64,000 nt of DNA. It comes from Parasitella parasitica NRRL 2501 (taxonomy: Eukaryota; Fungi; Mucoromycota). The notes under the pieces were generated by a model. It was not told where the DNA came from, did not search any database, and worked only from the letters and a program-made list of their open reading frames with translations. The DNA is taken from contig MU619266.1 in assembly GCA_025201805.1 (NCBI GenBank), positions 186,001-250,000 of the forward strand, given 5' to 3'. A program made the translations under genes and the position numbers. Below are positions 13,946 through 26,271 of this stretch, piece after piece. The stretch's first letter is position 1, and every line of letters starts with the position of its first letter.

Positions 13946-15624
13946 ATGGTAGCACATGTAGAAGATGCTTCGCCTGTAAGAAATCTTACGCTTGCTTGTC
14001 TAGCGTTTTTTACTGGCGGTCGTATCCACACTCTGCCGTCAGGACAAGTGCGTATTATATTCAAGTGGCACTATTTCGTTATCTCCGTTATTGCTGCTTG
14101 TATTGCCACTACAATCATCATTCAGACAACAACTATAGCATGGAACACAGCTGGCCCAGACGATGATGAGTCGATTTTCCTGCCATTTACTTCAAAAAAG
14201 GTGCCCGCAAAATGGAGAAATTACATAACAAATCAGCCGCTCTCTCATCCAACACACCATCCAAAGCGCAAGTAGAGTCCAATGCAGGCAAAGCTTTTGT
14301 ATTGATTGTTTCAAGTGTAGTTTATTACCCTAGAAATTGCCCTCATTTCACTCCCGAACACTCCAAATCTTGCGCAAAGCCTGTCCCGTCGTTTATATTT
14401 GCTGGAAGCGAGTTTGCAGGTGCTTCCTATGTGTTTCGCATGCTGAAACACCATCCTCAAGTTGCTTCTGCTTCAGTCGATAACAGCGGACCCTCAGCGA
14501 ATCATGTATTTGATACGCAGGAGTTTGACGAAGCCAATGCGTTTGATTCGTATATTTCGCAATTTCCTTTCCTAAAAGACGATGTACTGGCCACTATGGA
14601 AGAGGGTAGAAACTGGATTGTGGGAGAAAATGCGCCCCACTACTTGTACAGTAGTCATTTAACTGCCAAACGCATCAAGGACACTCTGCCGCATGTAAAG
14701 GTATGGTTATCCAGAGAGCTTTATCTGATGTAACTAAGCGTCCCTCATAAAACAGCTCGTCTTTCTTTTGAGGGAACCCATCGCCAGAGCCTATTCACAG
14801 TATGTGCATGAAAAATCAGGTAGCTCATTAACTTTGGTCTCAAAGGATACATGCTGATCCCCCCCCAAACTGTAGGCAACTCGAACCTTTCATTTGAAAC
14901 GCTGATTGATTTGGAACTGCCCATCTTGCGCCGATGTGGACATACCAGCACACAAACTGGGTGGGATGGGTTTGTAAGTTGCCATCAAGGAAGCGAAATC
15001 AGGACATCTTGGAGAGTGCCCAACGATACCCACTCATATAATTCATTGGCCAAGGGAATGTATTACCCGGCTCTGGTCCCATTTCTACAGCAGTTTACAC
15101 CATCTCAGTTATTCGTGATTCGAACAGAGGACATCTTGTTGAACCCGTCTGGCTCATTTCAAAGATTAGCTCGGTTTCTGGATATTGACCCCACCTATTT
15201 TGCAGAGCGAAACTTTTATCAGGACGAGCAGCACTTGACGGAAGAAGAACTGCTATCCAGCTCCGCCGATTTAGACTTATATTATCCTCACCTACACGAT
15301 AGCACCTTGTTTGATAATTCAACTACTACTGCTGATACGGAAAAAGGGGCAGAAATGACTAGCCCTGCTATTAACCACCATCTGCCAAAAGCTCAGAGTA
15401 TGGATAAAAGCGCATTTTTGCAGCAAAAGCCTCGTCATCGTGTTTTGATCAACAATCAACAAATACATCCTGTGCCGTATATTCCATCAGTAGAGGAACC
15501 TGAGTTGTCTATTCGATACCGACTGCAAACAGTCTACAGAAATTTAAACAGTAGACTGATTTATTTGTTTGATCAGAAAATGACTAGTTTTTACGCTTGG
15601 GTATATGATGTGGATCGAGGATGA
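13946..15624 (+). CDS. Type II membrane sulfotransferase-like protein (HS3ST/Sulfotransfer_1-like fold)
   Basis: N-terminal TM; PSFIFAGSEFAGASYVFRMLKHHPQV (5'-PSB region), GENAPHYL, KLVFLLREPIARAYS (3'-PB), GMYYPAL, FVIRTEDI; introns ~14268-14320 (GC-AG), ~14701-14755 and ~14800-14875. Confidence 0.75.
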
Positions 15625-15766
15625 CGGAAATGCAGCGTCGAATTTCACTTGCTACTGCGGCATTCGAGCAATTATTTGAAGGCTTGCAAAATCAAAATAT
15701 GTCCAACAGACAACAGATCCCGAAAATATATACATATATATATATACATGTACATTATCATACAAA

Positions 15767-16819
15767 CTACTCTTTATTATCTTTCTTATCAGCAATGTAT
15801 TCTCTAATCCAACTTGAACTGATCTTCAGAACAGCCATATCGCTGCCCTGAACAGATGCATTTTCTGAAGATATGACATCAATGATTCTAAGCTCCAAAG
15901 GCGGGAATCCGCGCATTTCCCTTTCGCTGTTCACTGTTGACCAAAACTAAAATTAATAAAGCACACAATGCAACAGTCTGCCACCTACCTAAATCGCCCC
16001 CTTTCAATGTTTCTTTAGACACAACCAGAGCGTCAATCGTCGGATCAGTGACCGTAGGACCAAATGGATCTTTGATAGGAACGACATCATAAGCAATGTT
16101 TCTCTTGACTAGTTGAAGGTACGCCTTTACATGCTCCACCCGTTGTTGCGTAGATGCAATCAGATCGCGGTGCTTCTTTTTCGATAGCATACAATCATCT
16201 GTAACGCCTACCACCATGCTCTGCTTTGCCAAGAGCGCTGTCATTGTCAGCAAGATTTTATGGCCAGCATGAAGCTGGTCAAATGTACCACCGACAGCGA
16301 CACGCTGGAAAACCAGTGGTTCAATAGGGCCGGTGTTACCTTCCAATGCTGACTCTTCAGTTTGGTCATCGTTAGACAACAAATGAGTCTCCAGCTGTCT
16401 TGAGCGAGTCAATTCTTGCACATCTAAGCGAGCCATGAGCTGGCATGTTGCAAAAGATACCGCATGAACTTACCTTTGATATTGTCGGATGAAACGCATA
16501 CAGTCTTGATGTAGGGTTCGAGATAGACAGAGTATGCACAGATGTCAGCAAATACGACATTACAGTCGAACAACGGCTCATTCTGTCTGTACGATGTGTT
16601 TAACTGGATAACGTAGACTGTGCCCAAAAAGGCCTGGATTTGCTCCCAGATAGCATCGATGCAGCCAGCGTGAGCTTGTATTTCGTCGCAGGAGATGCTG
16701 ATAACCAGGTTGGTTTGTCGTTGAATGGCTAGCATGACGGCCTGCTCTATAAAGCTTGACTGTCTCTTTTCCAGCGTACCTAGCTTCTTGATGTTCAATG
16801 GTAATAGTACAGTCGACAT
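15767..16819 (-). CDS. CAB4: Phosphopantetheine adenylyltransferase (CoA synthesis, Cab4-like)
   Basis: VAVGGTFDQLHAGHKILL (HxGH), DPFGPT, ALVVSKET and C-terminal KISSSWIR. Confidence 0.9.
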
Positions 16820-17227
16820 GATGAAATAAGATGGAGAAACAGGACAAGGCAGCATTAACCCCATTAACCCCACTTTGTTGCCGTCTTGTATTAAAGTCAC
16901 GTAATTTTAAATGGTGTGAGAAGCAGGTGGTTTATTGCGAATGATGAGCACTGCTATGCATTGGATGGCAGATGAAAAGAGCTAAACTAGCCGCCTTGAA
17001 TCGAACGCCAAGCTAGCAGGACAGATTGGGGCAAGAGAGAGAGAGAGAGAAACATAGATATTTGGTGTTTTCATGCACACCCTTGAGATGATTTGGTAAA
17101 ACACATCAAAAACTCATAGACGGTAATTTAAATGACTAAGGGAAACTACAAAAGGAAGAAGGTTGGGGTAAGGAAAAAATCTCTTTTTCTCTCTTTCTTG
17201 TTTCTTGAGTGCAATAACAAAATAAGA

Positions 17228-17842
17228 ATGGACGCCGTATCTAGAAGACTATTGAAGGAATTGCGAGAGATTGACAGAGAGGCCAAGGCACATCCAGAAA
17301 TTATCGAATTGGCTCCTGAATCAGACGACGATTTACTCCAATGGAAAGCAATACTCGCAGGATTAGCAGACACACCATACGAAGGTAATTATCACCGAGT
17401 GCGTATATGAGAGAGAGAGAGAGAGAGCCTGGTACTGATTCAGCAGCTACACAGGTGGCCAGTTTGAACTCTCCATCCAAGTGCCTTCCAACTACCCAAT
17501 TCATCCGCCCTCTATAAGATTCGTCACAACAATATGTCACCCCAACATACATTTTAAGGTAACAAACACAACTGATATTTTGGGGTTTTGTTCATTACTA
17601 ACATCCAGCCTGGAAAAAAAAAAAAAAAGTCTGGAGAGATTTGCTTGGATATTTTAAAAACTGCCTGGTCGCCAGCTTGGACTCTGAAATCAACACTTCT
17701 GGCCATCTCTCTTTTACTGACCAACCCAGAGCCGTCTTCACCTCTAAACTGTGATGCTGCAAACCTACTGAGATGTAACGATCAGCTAGGCTATGAAAGT
17801 CTTATTCGCATGTACACCCAATTATATGCAACCAAGCAGTAG
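17228..17842 (+). CDS. Ubiquitin-conjugating enzyme E2 (Pex4-like)
   Basis: RRLLKEL, DTPYEGG, HPNIHFK|SGEICLDILKTAWSPAW with the catalytic Cys; two introns. Confidence 0.92.
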
Positions 17843-17856
17843 CACACAATATCCTT

Positions 17857-18775
17857 TTATTTATAATGATTCATTTTCCTGTATATTAAACCAAAAGAAA
17901 CGCAAACCCAATAAAGACTATATCCTGTACCAATCCAGGTTGTAGCTTCTGTCTCTTTGACACCCACTGCAGCATTGAAAAGGCGTCTGTTTTTTTTAAA
18001 AAAAAAATTAGCATGGATATGGACGATCAGCGAATAATAGTTACCGAAGGGCCCCAATGGATGCCTTCTGAGACTGACGAAGAGTGTACACCAAGCCTTT
18101 TACAATGATAGGATCGTGGATCAATTCAATATAGCCAAATGTATTTGCCAACGCAATTGCGCCGGTGAAATAAAGGACGATGCTGTACACACACTGTTGG
18201 ATCCAGTTGGAAAAATAGCTGGTTACCGTGTAAAAGACCACGCTAAAAACACTGCAAATGAGTACACCGGTCAACAGGGTCCAGCCAACTGCATTAAATG
18301 TCAGTCTCTACAAGAAATGTACCGTATATATGTTAGCACTGTTTTGACATGATGCAAGCTGGCTGATCGAGGAACTCACTGTATTTCTGACTAAATACAA
18401 ATTGACATTGATCCCTTGGTTCAAAATAAACACAATGGGTGTTAACATGGCGGCAAAGCGAGTAGTTGTGGTTGAGTTTTTCTGCTTTTTTTGGTTTTTG
18501 ACCATATCAAAGCCTAGAACTGTCGTGCACACGAATAATACAGCGGAATATACAAGATGCATCTCAGATTGGTAGCGAATCAAGTAGTTTGCCAAAGATG
18601 CATGAAAGCAGGTCAGTAATGCTTGGATAAACAATCCAAATGAGAATGCCAGCATTAATAGTCTGGTATCATGGTTGTTCCTTTTTCTGCTGTAAATCAA
18701 CAGGCTGGTGGACAAAATACTGGTATTGTAAAGCTTTGGTAATACGTAATGAAAGAATGCCTTGTTGAATTCCAT
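17857..18775 (-). CDS. Highly diverged Ftr1-like multi-TM permease lacking both REXXE motifs (~260 aa, 3 exons)
   Basis: Exons ~18775-18380, 18307-18045 and ~17986-17857. Colinear similarity to recalled Mucorales Ftr1 segments (FN..FF, GLFI, TTVLGFDMVK, VLYF..AIALA..FGYIE, LFNAAVG...YSLYW). Divergent from a Fet3 gene. Confidence 0.7.
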
Positions 18776-18945
18776 TCTGTGAGCTTGTTCACCAAAAGTA
18801 ACGAAAGAAAAGAGGAAACTTATTCCCCAACAAGGCTTTTTTTTTTTTTTTTTGTGCACAAACACAGGCCGATGTTTCAAAGTTTTGCCCTCGATGACCC
18901 ACGTTCCTCTCTCCGTCTTTGCCCATTGATGTCAGTCGATCATCC

Positions 18946-18954
18946 TTATCAGAT
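18946..18954 (-). promoter_or_regulatory. ATCTGATAA site (SreA-type GATA iron-repressor consensus) in the bidirectional Ftr1-like/Fet3 promoter
   Basis: Plus-strand TTATCAGAT is an exact ATCWGATAA match within the ~290-bp intergenic region. Confidence 0.5.
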
Positions 18955-19066
18955 CTTTTCTGCGACAAAGTAAACACAGTCCCCTGGTTCATTTTAACAA
19001 CAAACATGATGAGCACTTGTTTGAGATGTCCTTTTCTAGCGTTTCCTAACAACCTGAGCAATAGAA

Positions 19067-21347
19067 ATGAAGGGCTTTGCTACAGCTTCTTGCCTGTTGG
19101 CATCGGTTTTACTACTACCTATATCTTGCATTTTGGCAGATAAAGTTGTGTATGACTGGGATCTTGAATATAAAAATGTAAATCCAGATGGACTTCATGA
19201 AAGGCGAGTTATCAGTATAAATGATCAGTGGCCGTATGTATTTTTGAGCGATACCAGGCTAAAGAGAAAACAACTGAACTTTTCTTTTTTACATTAGACC
19301 TGCTCCAGTCAAGCTCAACATCAATGACATACTGGTCATCAACTTGCGCAACAAATTGAATGAGCCCACAGTCATTCATGCACATGGCATTAACCAGAAT
19401 AACGGCACAAACATTTACGATGGTGCTGGGATGGTGACTCAATGGTAAAGTAAATTTTGCGCATCTTTGGGGTTGCTTAGTAACTAAGGGCGGCACATCT
19501 ATATGTAGCCCAATTCCTCCAAACTACAACTTTACCTACGAGTTTCCGGTAACACAAGCCGGTACATTCTGGATTCACAGCCATTTCAAGGTATTAAGCA
19601 ATCCCATCAAAGCTACTCATAGACGGTATTCATTTTGGCTTTCTTAGGTGCAATATATGGACGGTCTCAGAGTACCCCTGATTGTCTACGATCCAAATGA
19701 GCCATTTGAGTATGATGAGGACGAGATCATCACAGTTTCAGGCATGTAGTCAAAAGTAAATCCGTTAATCCCCTCAACCTAAAACCCCGCGCGTCTTTTG
19801 TGTTTGATGTTTTAGATTGGTATCATGAGGATTCCTACACCAACCTGGAACAGTACATGAACAAAGACAATTTAGACGGAGTAGAGCCTATTCCTCGTAA
19901 GTTTCTGCCTATGGACCAGCCAGCTTATCTGATCGTCGTTCTGCTGTAATAGAGTCTGGTTTGATTAATGACCATGTCAACGCAACATTCAATTTCAAGC
20001 CTGGAAAGACATATAGACTTCGCATCATCAACGTATCCGGCATTGCCACTTTTGGAGTCAGCATAGATGGCCACGAAATGGACGTGATTGAAGTGGATGG
20101 TGTAAGTATGAGAATGATTGACTGAGTTGCCATCCACTAATCCAGCAAACACAAGGTTCGGACCCAAGTCAGGCATGTTCAGAGCGTCTACGTGGCAGCG
20201 GGACAGCGTGTTTCCGTTCTTGTAGAGGCCAAGGATGCTGCTGATAAAAACTACCGCCTTCATGCAAACATGGCACCTGTCATGTTTGATTACATCCCGG
20301 ATGATCTTCAAATGAGTATGTAGCCAAAAAAAAAAAAAAAAAAAATTGTAAGTTAACAAGATTCCTGACTGAAAAAAAAAAACAAAAAACTAGACATTGA
20401 AGCACCCATTTACTACAACAAGGGCAAGCCTTTTGCTTCTCGCGATGATCCTAGTTTAAAAAAGGGGGATTATGACGATGCCTTTACTCCTCCATTGATT
20501 GAAGCCCCAGCTCTCGAGGTTGATCGTCAGATTAATTTTACTCTTGATTTTATGGAGAACACAGATGGACTCAACCATGGTGTGATTAATGGAATGCCTT
20601 ACCTGACTCCTCTTGTTCCTAGCCTACACACTCTCTTGAGCATCGGCGAATACGCAAACAACACTGCTGTTTATGGACCTCAAAGCATTACTCACATGTT
20701 TGAGCTGAATCAAGTTGTTGAGCTTGTGATTAACAATCTTGATGACGGACCTCATCCCTGTAAGCTATTGTATCCACATCATATTCAACCCATTAACGCT
20801 AGGTAACCTAGTTCACTTGCACGGTCATACTTTCCAGGTTATTGCTCGTGGATCTGGCGTTTACTCCAATCAGTCCATCGATGTACCCAGCAATCCTACC
20901 TATCGCGATACCATCGGCGTCCCCTCAGAAGGCTATGTTGTCATCCGATTCAGAGCTGATAATCCAGGCGTCTGGTTCTTCCATTGTCATGTTGATTGGC
21001 ATTTGCCTGCTGGTTTAGCTGCGACTTTTATCACTGCCCCTGAATTAGCTCAGAAATCCATGTCATTACCGCAGGAGTGGATCGATATTTGTATTGCATC
21101 TGGCCAGCCAGGCACAGGTAATGCGGCTGGGAAGGAGGGTTTGGATTTAGAGGGTGCTCCCAATGGTGTTCACCCTATTCAAGATAAATTCATTTTGGGT
21201 GCCATCATTGCTACTTTGGTTGGTATAAGCACTGTGATTTGGCATGTATGGGTTGATCCGGGAGCTGATGATAGCGATGATGAATATGAAGACAATGAAA
21301 AAATGAACATGGATACAAAGCCATTACTGCAAGATCAACAAGAGTAG
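19067..21347 (+). CDS. fet3: Multicopper ferroxidase, Fet3-like (many exons)
   Basis: Signal peptide; HAHG, FWIHSH, HPFHLHGH and HCHVDWHLPAGL copper motifs; GVEPIP and NLDDGPH Fet3-type acidic residues; C-terminal TM. Confidence 0.93.
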
Positions 21348-21494
21348 AGGCCCCTTCAATAAAACATTCTGCATGAACCTTCATATGATGCTTTGACAGG
21401 ATCGCCACCGTGACCAGCTTTCTTAAACATGTTTGCCTATTCTATTGTTTTTGTTTTTTTTTTTTTTTTTTTTTTCTTTATTTTGATCTAAAAG

Positions 21495-22223
21495 ATGTTC
21501 AAACGTGTGCGCCAAGAATTAGAAAAGCAGCAAATTGAAGACAAAGAGTTTGATGCTGAAGACAAAGAAGAAAAGCTCGCTGGGGCCTTTTCTGAATCCG
21601 AGTCCGAGTCTGACAGCGATACAGATGATTCTGATGATGAGCAAACTCGACGTTACAAAAAAAGAGCACGAAAAGCATTGATCAAAACAGTGAACAAATT
21701 AGCTGATGAAACCATAGAAAATGAAAGCGACGATAGCAGTGATGAAGATATGGAATTATTAGATGGTAAAGATGTTGCTGGAGAGGAAGAGGAGGAAGAG
21801 GAGGAGGAGGAAGAAGGCATAGAGACATTTAGTTGTGAAGTATGCCCTGATAAAGTTTTGAAAACTGTTCAGCATGTTGAAGTGCATTTGAAGAGTAAAG
21901 AACACATGAGACGATTACGATATCTAAAGAGAAATGATGGAATTTCCAAACTCCAAAACAACCGAGACGTGGAAGAGGAAGATTTACCAAAGGAAGTAAA
22001 AGCAAAGATTGAGGCTAAAAAGTCAAAAATTGAATCGGACAGAGAGCTTAGAGAACAAAGGTTAAAAAAGAAAAAGGAAGAAAAGGTCCAGAGAGCAAAG
22101 GACAAATTAAAGGCGCATCGTAAATTAGTCAAACAAAGAAAATGGGAGCGCGAACAAGCAACTGAAAAGGAAGCCAAAAGCAAACAAGAACCTTTCAAGA
22201 CCAAGAAAATTGCAACCAAGTAA
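21495..22223 (+). CDS. Acidic/basic low-complexity protein with one C2H2 zinc finger (possibly nucleolar)
   Basis: Single exon, 242 aa; CEVCPDKVLKTVQHVEVHLKSKEH; poly-E tract and K-rich C-terminus. Confidence 0.8.
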   Translation: MFKRVRQELEKQQIEDKEFDAEDKEEKLAGAFSESESESDSDTDDSDDEQTRRYKKRARKALIKTVNKLADETIENESDDSSDEDMELLDGKDVAGEEEEEEEEEEEGIETFSCEVCPDKVLKTVQHVEVHLKSKEHMRRLRYLKRNDGISKLQNNRDVEEEDLPKEVKAKIEAKKSKIESDRELREQRLKKKKEEKVQRAKDKLKAHRKLVKQRKWEREQATEKEAKSKQEPFKTKKIATK

Positions 22224-23181
22224 CATCGAGACAATAGATTTTGTATCATACATTGGAATTATCTAAGCAAAAACCGCAAGAAACGCATTCATTTTTCACC
22301 GTATTGTTTAAATACCATCAAAATTTAATTAAAAGGAAAAATTAAGCATTCAAGCACGAGTATTATCGCCATCACTTAATAAATAGATCCTCAAGACCAC
22401 ATACCATTATACAAATTTGCTAGAAGGGCCATTTCCATTATCCATTAAAACGGTTGTGAAAGGATTATCTGATGTCTTCGGCAAGCGGTAGTTGATTGAC
22501 CGAGTTGCTTGTCCTCAATGTAGCAAACAAAATTCTTTTAATGAGAATAAGTAGGGATGTCAATTTCGACTCATAAAGTTATACAAGTAGAGTCCAAGCA
22601 TGCGAAAGATAAAAATTCGGGGGCGGGGGGGGGGCGGGTGCAGTGAAATGGTAACTTTTATTGTCAAATTATTAAAACCTAAAAACACGCTCCCATATCA
22701 TAAATGAGGCACAAAAAGTAAAGCTTGATATTTAAAGTATCCGTGAGCGATTGCACCCCTGGCCAAAGTACAATCTATCACAATGCAGACACTCTTTACA
22801 TCAAGGAGGAATTTTCAATGCTCAACTTGATCATCAGGCCTGATTTTATGGCGTATACGACAGACTTTATTTTTCTCTTTATCGAAGCCTATCAATGATT
22901 ATATGCAATTTTTTTGCTATGAAAATTTGTGTTATCATCTGGTAACTTGATACATATCAGTGAACACGTGGTTATAAATGCTGTTGCCAGATAGCCCCAA
23001 GTCAACGCTAAGTTTTCCAAGTTAGATCTCGGTTCTACGGTCATTTTAGCAAAAGTTATGAGCAAATATCTGACATATACAATCGGGACTCGTTATAACG
23101 GATAAATTGGTGCACAGAAATGTGTTTGGTATAGCAAGTTATCCCCCCTATTCAGGATTTGATACTCTACAGTGCAGTGCC

Positions 23182-23224
23182 TGGAACTTGGAACTTGGAA
23201 CCTAGAACTAGGAACTAGGAATCT
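23182..23224 (+). repeat. Short degenerate 7-mer tandem repeat (GGAACTW)n
   Basis: tggaacttggaacttggaacctagaactaggaactaggaatct. Confidence 0.7.
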
Positions 23225-26200
23225 ACCAGAGGCTTACTATAAAGCTTAACTTTTGTTAGTAAAAACTACCCTCAACCTCAATCCTAACTTCTATTCTACT
23301 TTTTACTTTACATGTTTAGCTTTAGAATCACAAAAAAAAAAAAAAAGAAAGAAACTGTTGAACTGACATTGGGCATTATTACAAGGAACAATGGTGTTAG
23401 GGCTTGTCTGTCACTAGCAATTAGCAACTTGTGAATTCTTCACAAATAACATGGGGCCATTACAGCAAAATATTGTATTCATTAATTATTCTCTTCTGCT
23501 TCCAACTCGATGAGCCGCATCTACTTTACCGTATTACTATGAAGAAAGGTATACTTGTGGCATCAAACTCACTTACTTTATAGAGCTGTGTTATGTATTA
23601 GAATTGATATTGACGTGATATCATCTCCAGATAGACATTTTTTTACAGTTTAAAAGCAAGAACTTCAGCTTCATGTGCCATTTTTTGATCGATTTCATAA
23701 TCAAAAGTGCCCTGGAATCGCCAGGAATACTATCCATTGGGAAAAAACTATATTATAAATGATTTTGGTGCAATTTGAGCATGGTTTTTTTTTCGATGCA
23801 AAATCATGGATTTTTTCGATTTTTTCCTTGTGTCCACCCATCCAAAATCATCGATTATGCATTATCCTCGATTTTGACCTCAAAAATGCAACTTTTTACT
23901 ATGTCATATATTAGAGAAAAATGATCGCAAAAGACCATTCCTTGAGCTGAAAGACTAAAAATGTGCTCTGATTAAGCAAAATATTGACGTTTCCCTCTTG
24001 ATATGTTTTGAGGTTTTCTCGATATAATTCCTTCCATAAGCATACGAGAAACTATGAAATAATATCATCGTGTAGAGCGTCCAAAAATACAGCTATTATC
24101 ATAGACTGACAGCCGTGGTATGCATAGTATCAGAGGATGATATCTTGCCTTAAAGAAGTAATTTTGTTTTCTAATTGTCCAAATGGAGTTTCTGAAAGAA
24201 TTTTTCCTTCCTGATTTTGAACGCGTTTAATCTCCGCTATCAAAGAAAAATAGAGTTGTTTTGAAGAAAACATTGGCTTTGAGAAGCCATAGCTTACCCA
24301 ATTCAAAATAAAAACAATAGAAATTTAGTTTAATTAAATTTTGTGCGTCGTGGCTTTCTAATGGTAGTACTTGCATGTCTGTACCTAGCCTAGCGATCTC
24401 ACGCTCCGATTTTGAAAAATACTTTTCCGAAAAAAAGTCAAAAAAGTCGTTTACCTTCACTGGTGTCGACTTGAAAAGTATAAAAACTCTCTCTAAGCCA
24501 TGTAAATATGTAATCAAAAGGTGCCTTATCGTCTAATGCATTACTTTGGATTACTTGTTTTTGTGTTTGAGATCGCTAAACATTGTTTTCTCACAGTTTT
24601 TGTCTTTTTCTGACAATAACACACTGCAGTTCGCGTAGGCCGCAAAGAAAAAAAAAAATCAGGCGCCTAGAACCTACGCTGGCTTTGCAAAGATGCACAC
24701 TTTTGAACCATTCCAATATTATGGAAAAGATGGCACAAATTTGACTAGCTGTTTTACCGTGCAACTGGATACAGAGAACCCAGCTTGGTATTTGTCTTAC
24801 AAGACCTTCTACACAAGAAGACGCCAGTCCAGCTGAAGGTATAAGAAAATATCAGAGAAAAAGAAACAATCTGCCATCAGGATAGCACACCCATTCATAC
24901 TTGCTCTCCGTATCTGAATCCAATTAAAGGTTTTTGATCCAAAGTCAACAGACACACTTACACCCAGAATTACAGATGTTTGTCAATGGACCACCGCAAA
25001 CTTCTTTAAAGACTATCTTGAGCTTAAAGATATGATATAGATAGCTTATTTCACAACATATTATCTTTGTATTTTCACTATGAATGAAACAAAGCAACTG
25101 CTCATTTTCTCTAAATATGGAAATCCCCACTTGAAATCTTTTTAGGGGGGACATTTCTCTTCTCTCAGAAACTTCTTGGCTTTTATCAGAAATAAAAGGT
25201 TTGTTACCAGAAACCCTAATATATAATCACAATCACTATGATCTTTATCATTTACTTGAAATTTTTTTCCCAGAAACTGCAAAATGACAGTACATGTAAA
25301 CATGACGGTTTACCAAATGCGTTAAATCATCAATAATCTAACATTATTTTGTAGGAAATAGCCTTTTTTTTTTTTTTTTACGCTAAATGATTGCTAAAAA
25401 TCAAGGCTTACAACCAAGTGTTATCCTCATGATGGCACTGGAGAATGCATTGTTGAGAGAATACGACATTTTGTAATCACCAAATGTGCTTGCTCTTCAT
25501 AAATTTGATAAAAGTGGTGCTTTCTCCACTCGATTCAAGTGCTTAAAACCACAACAGATCAGAATTTCATCCTGGCAAAGGGTCTCGAAGTGTCTAAATA
25601 TTCTGGTTTAGTTTTGTAAGAAAGCCTTGAAATGCCTTGATTGGGCGAGAATGTCAGTTGACTAGAAAGTGATCGAATTTGTGGAACAAAGGGAAATCTC
25701 TTGAAACGCATATTATATGGCATTTCCAGCATTTGGAGCTGGGGATTTCTATGAATCCTCAATTATATCATATAAGCTCACCAAAATACCAAGTGTGAAA
25801 AGCTGAAAAAAAAAAAAAAGAAGAAGCAAACGTACGCAATTATAGAAAAGAGGGCATTATGACACACAAGGAAAAAACGTGTGTCAAAAGGTTATCCGAT
25901 TCCGTCCGCATGAATCATCCACAAGGGTTTTGTGATGGTTACATTTGACGGGAAACCATCATTGGAGACTTTTGTTTAGAAGAAGTCAAAAAGACTTGTG
26001 TGTCTCTTGGAAATCTCCTGGCTTTCTAGGACAAGGCAGCAAAATCATTTCATTCAAATGTTGCAAGGATGTTAATCCTGGTAATCCAAATCGTGTAACA
26101 GGCTGCTGAATGGCCGACATCGAGGGTTTCACTTGCTTCAACGACATTGATTTTAATAAAAACCCAGCATCCTCCAATGTTGCAAAAATAGGTATCATGT

Positions 26201-26271
26201 ATAAAAGAAAAAAAAAAAAAGTTTTCAATTAGAAAACAACTTGTTCTTTCCTTTTTTGAATCAATACTAAA

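Noticed and set aside
8512-21347. Secondary-metabolite cluster (P450, sulfotransferase-like protein, oxidase)
   Set aside because: No backbone synthase is present, and the genes are interspersed with housekeeping genes such as PPAT and E2.
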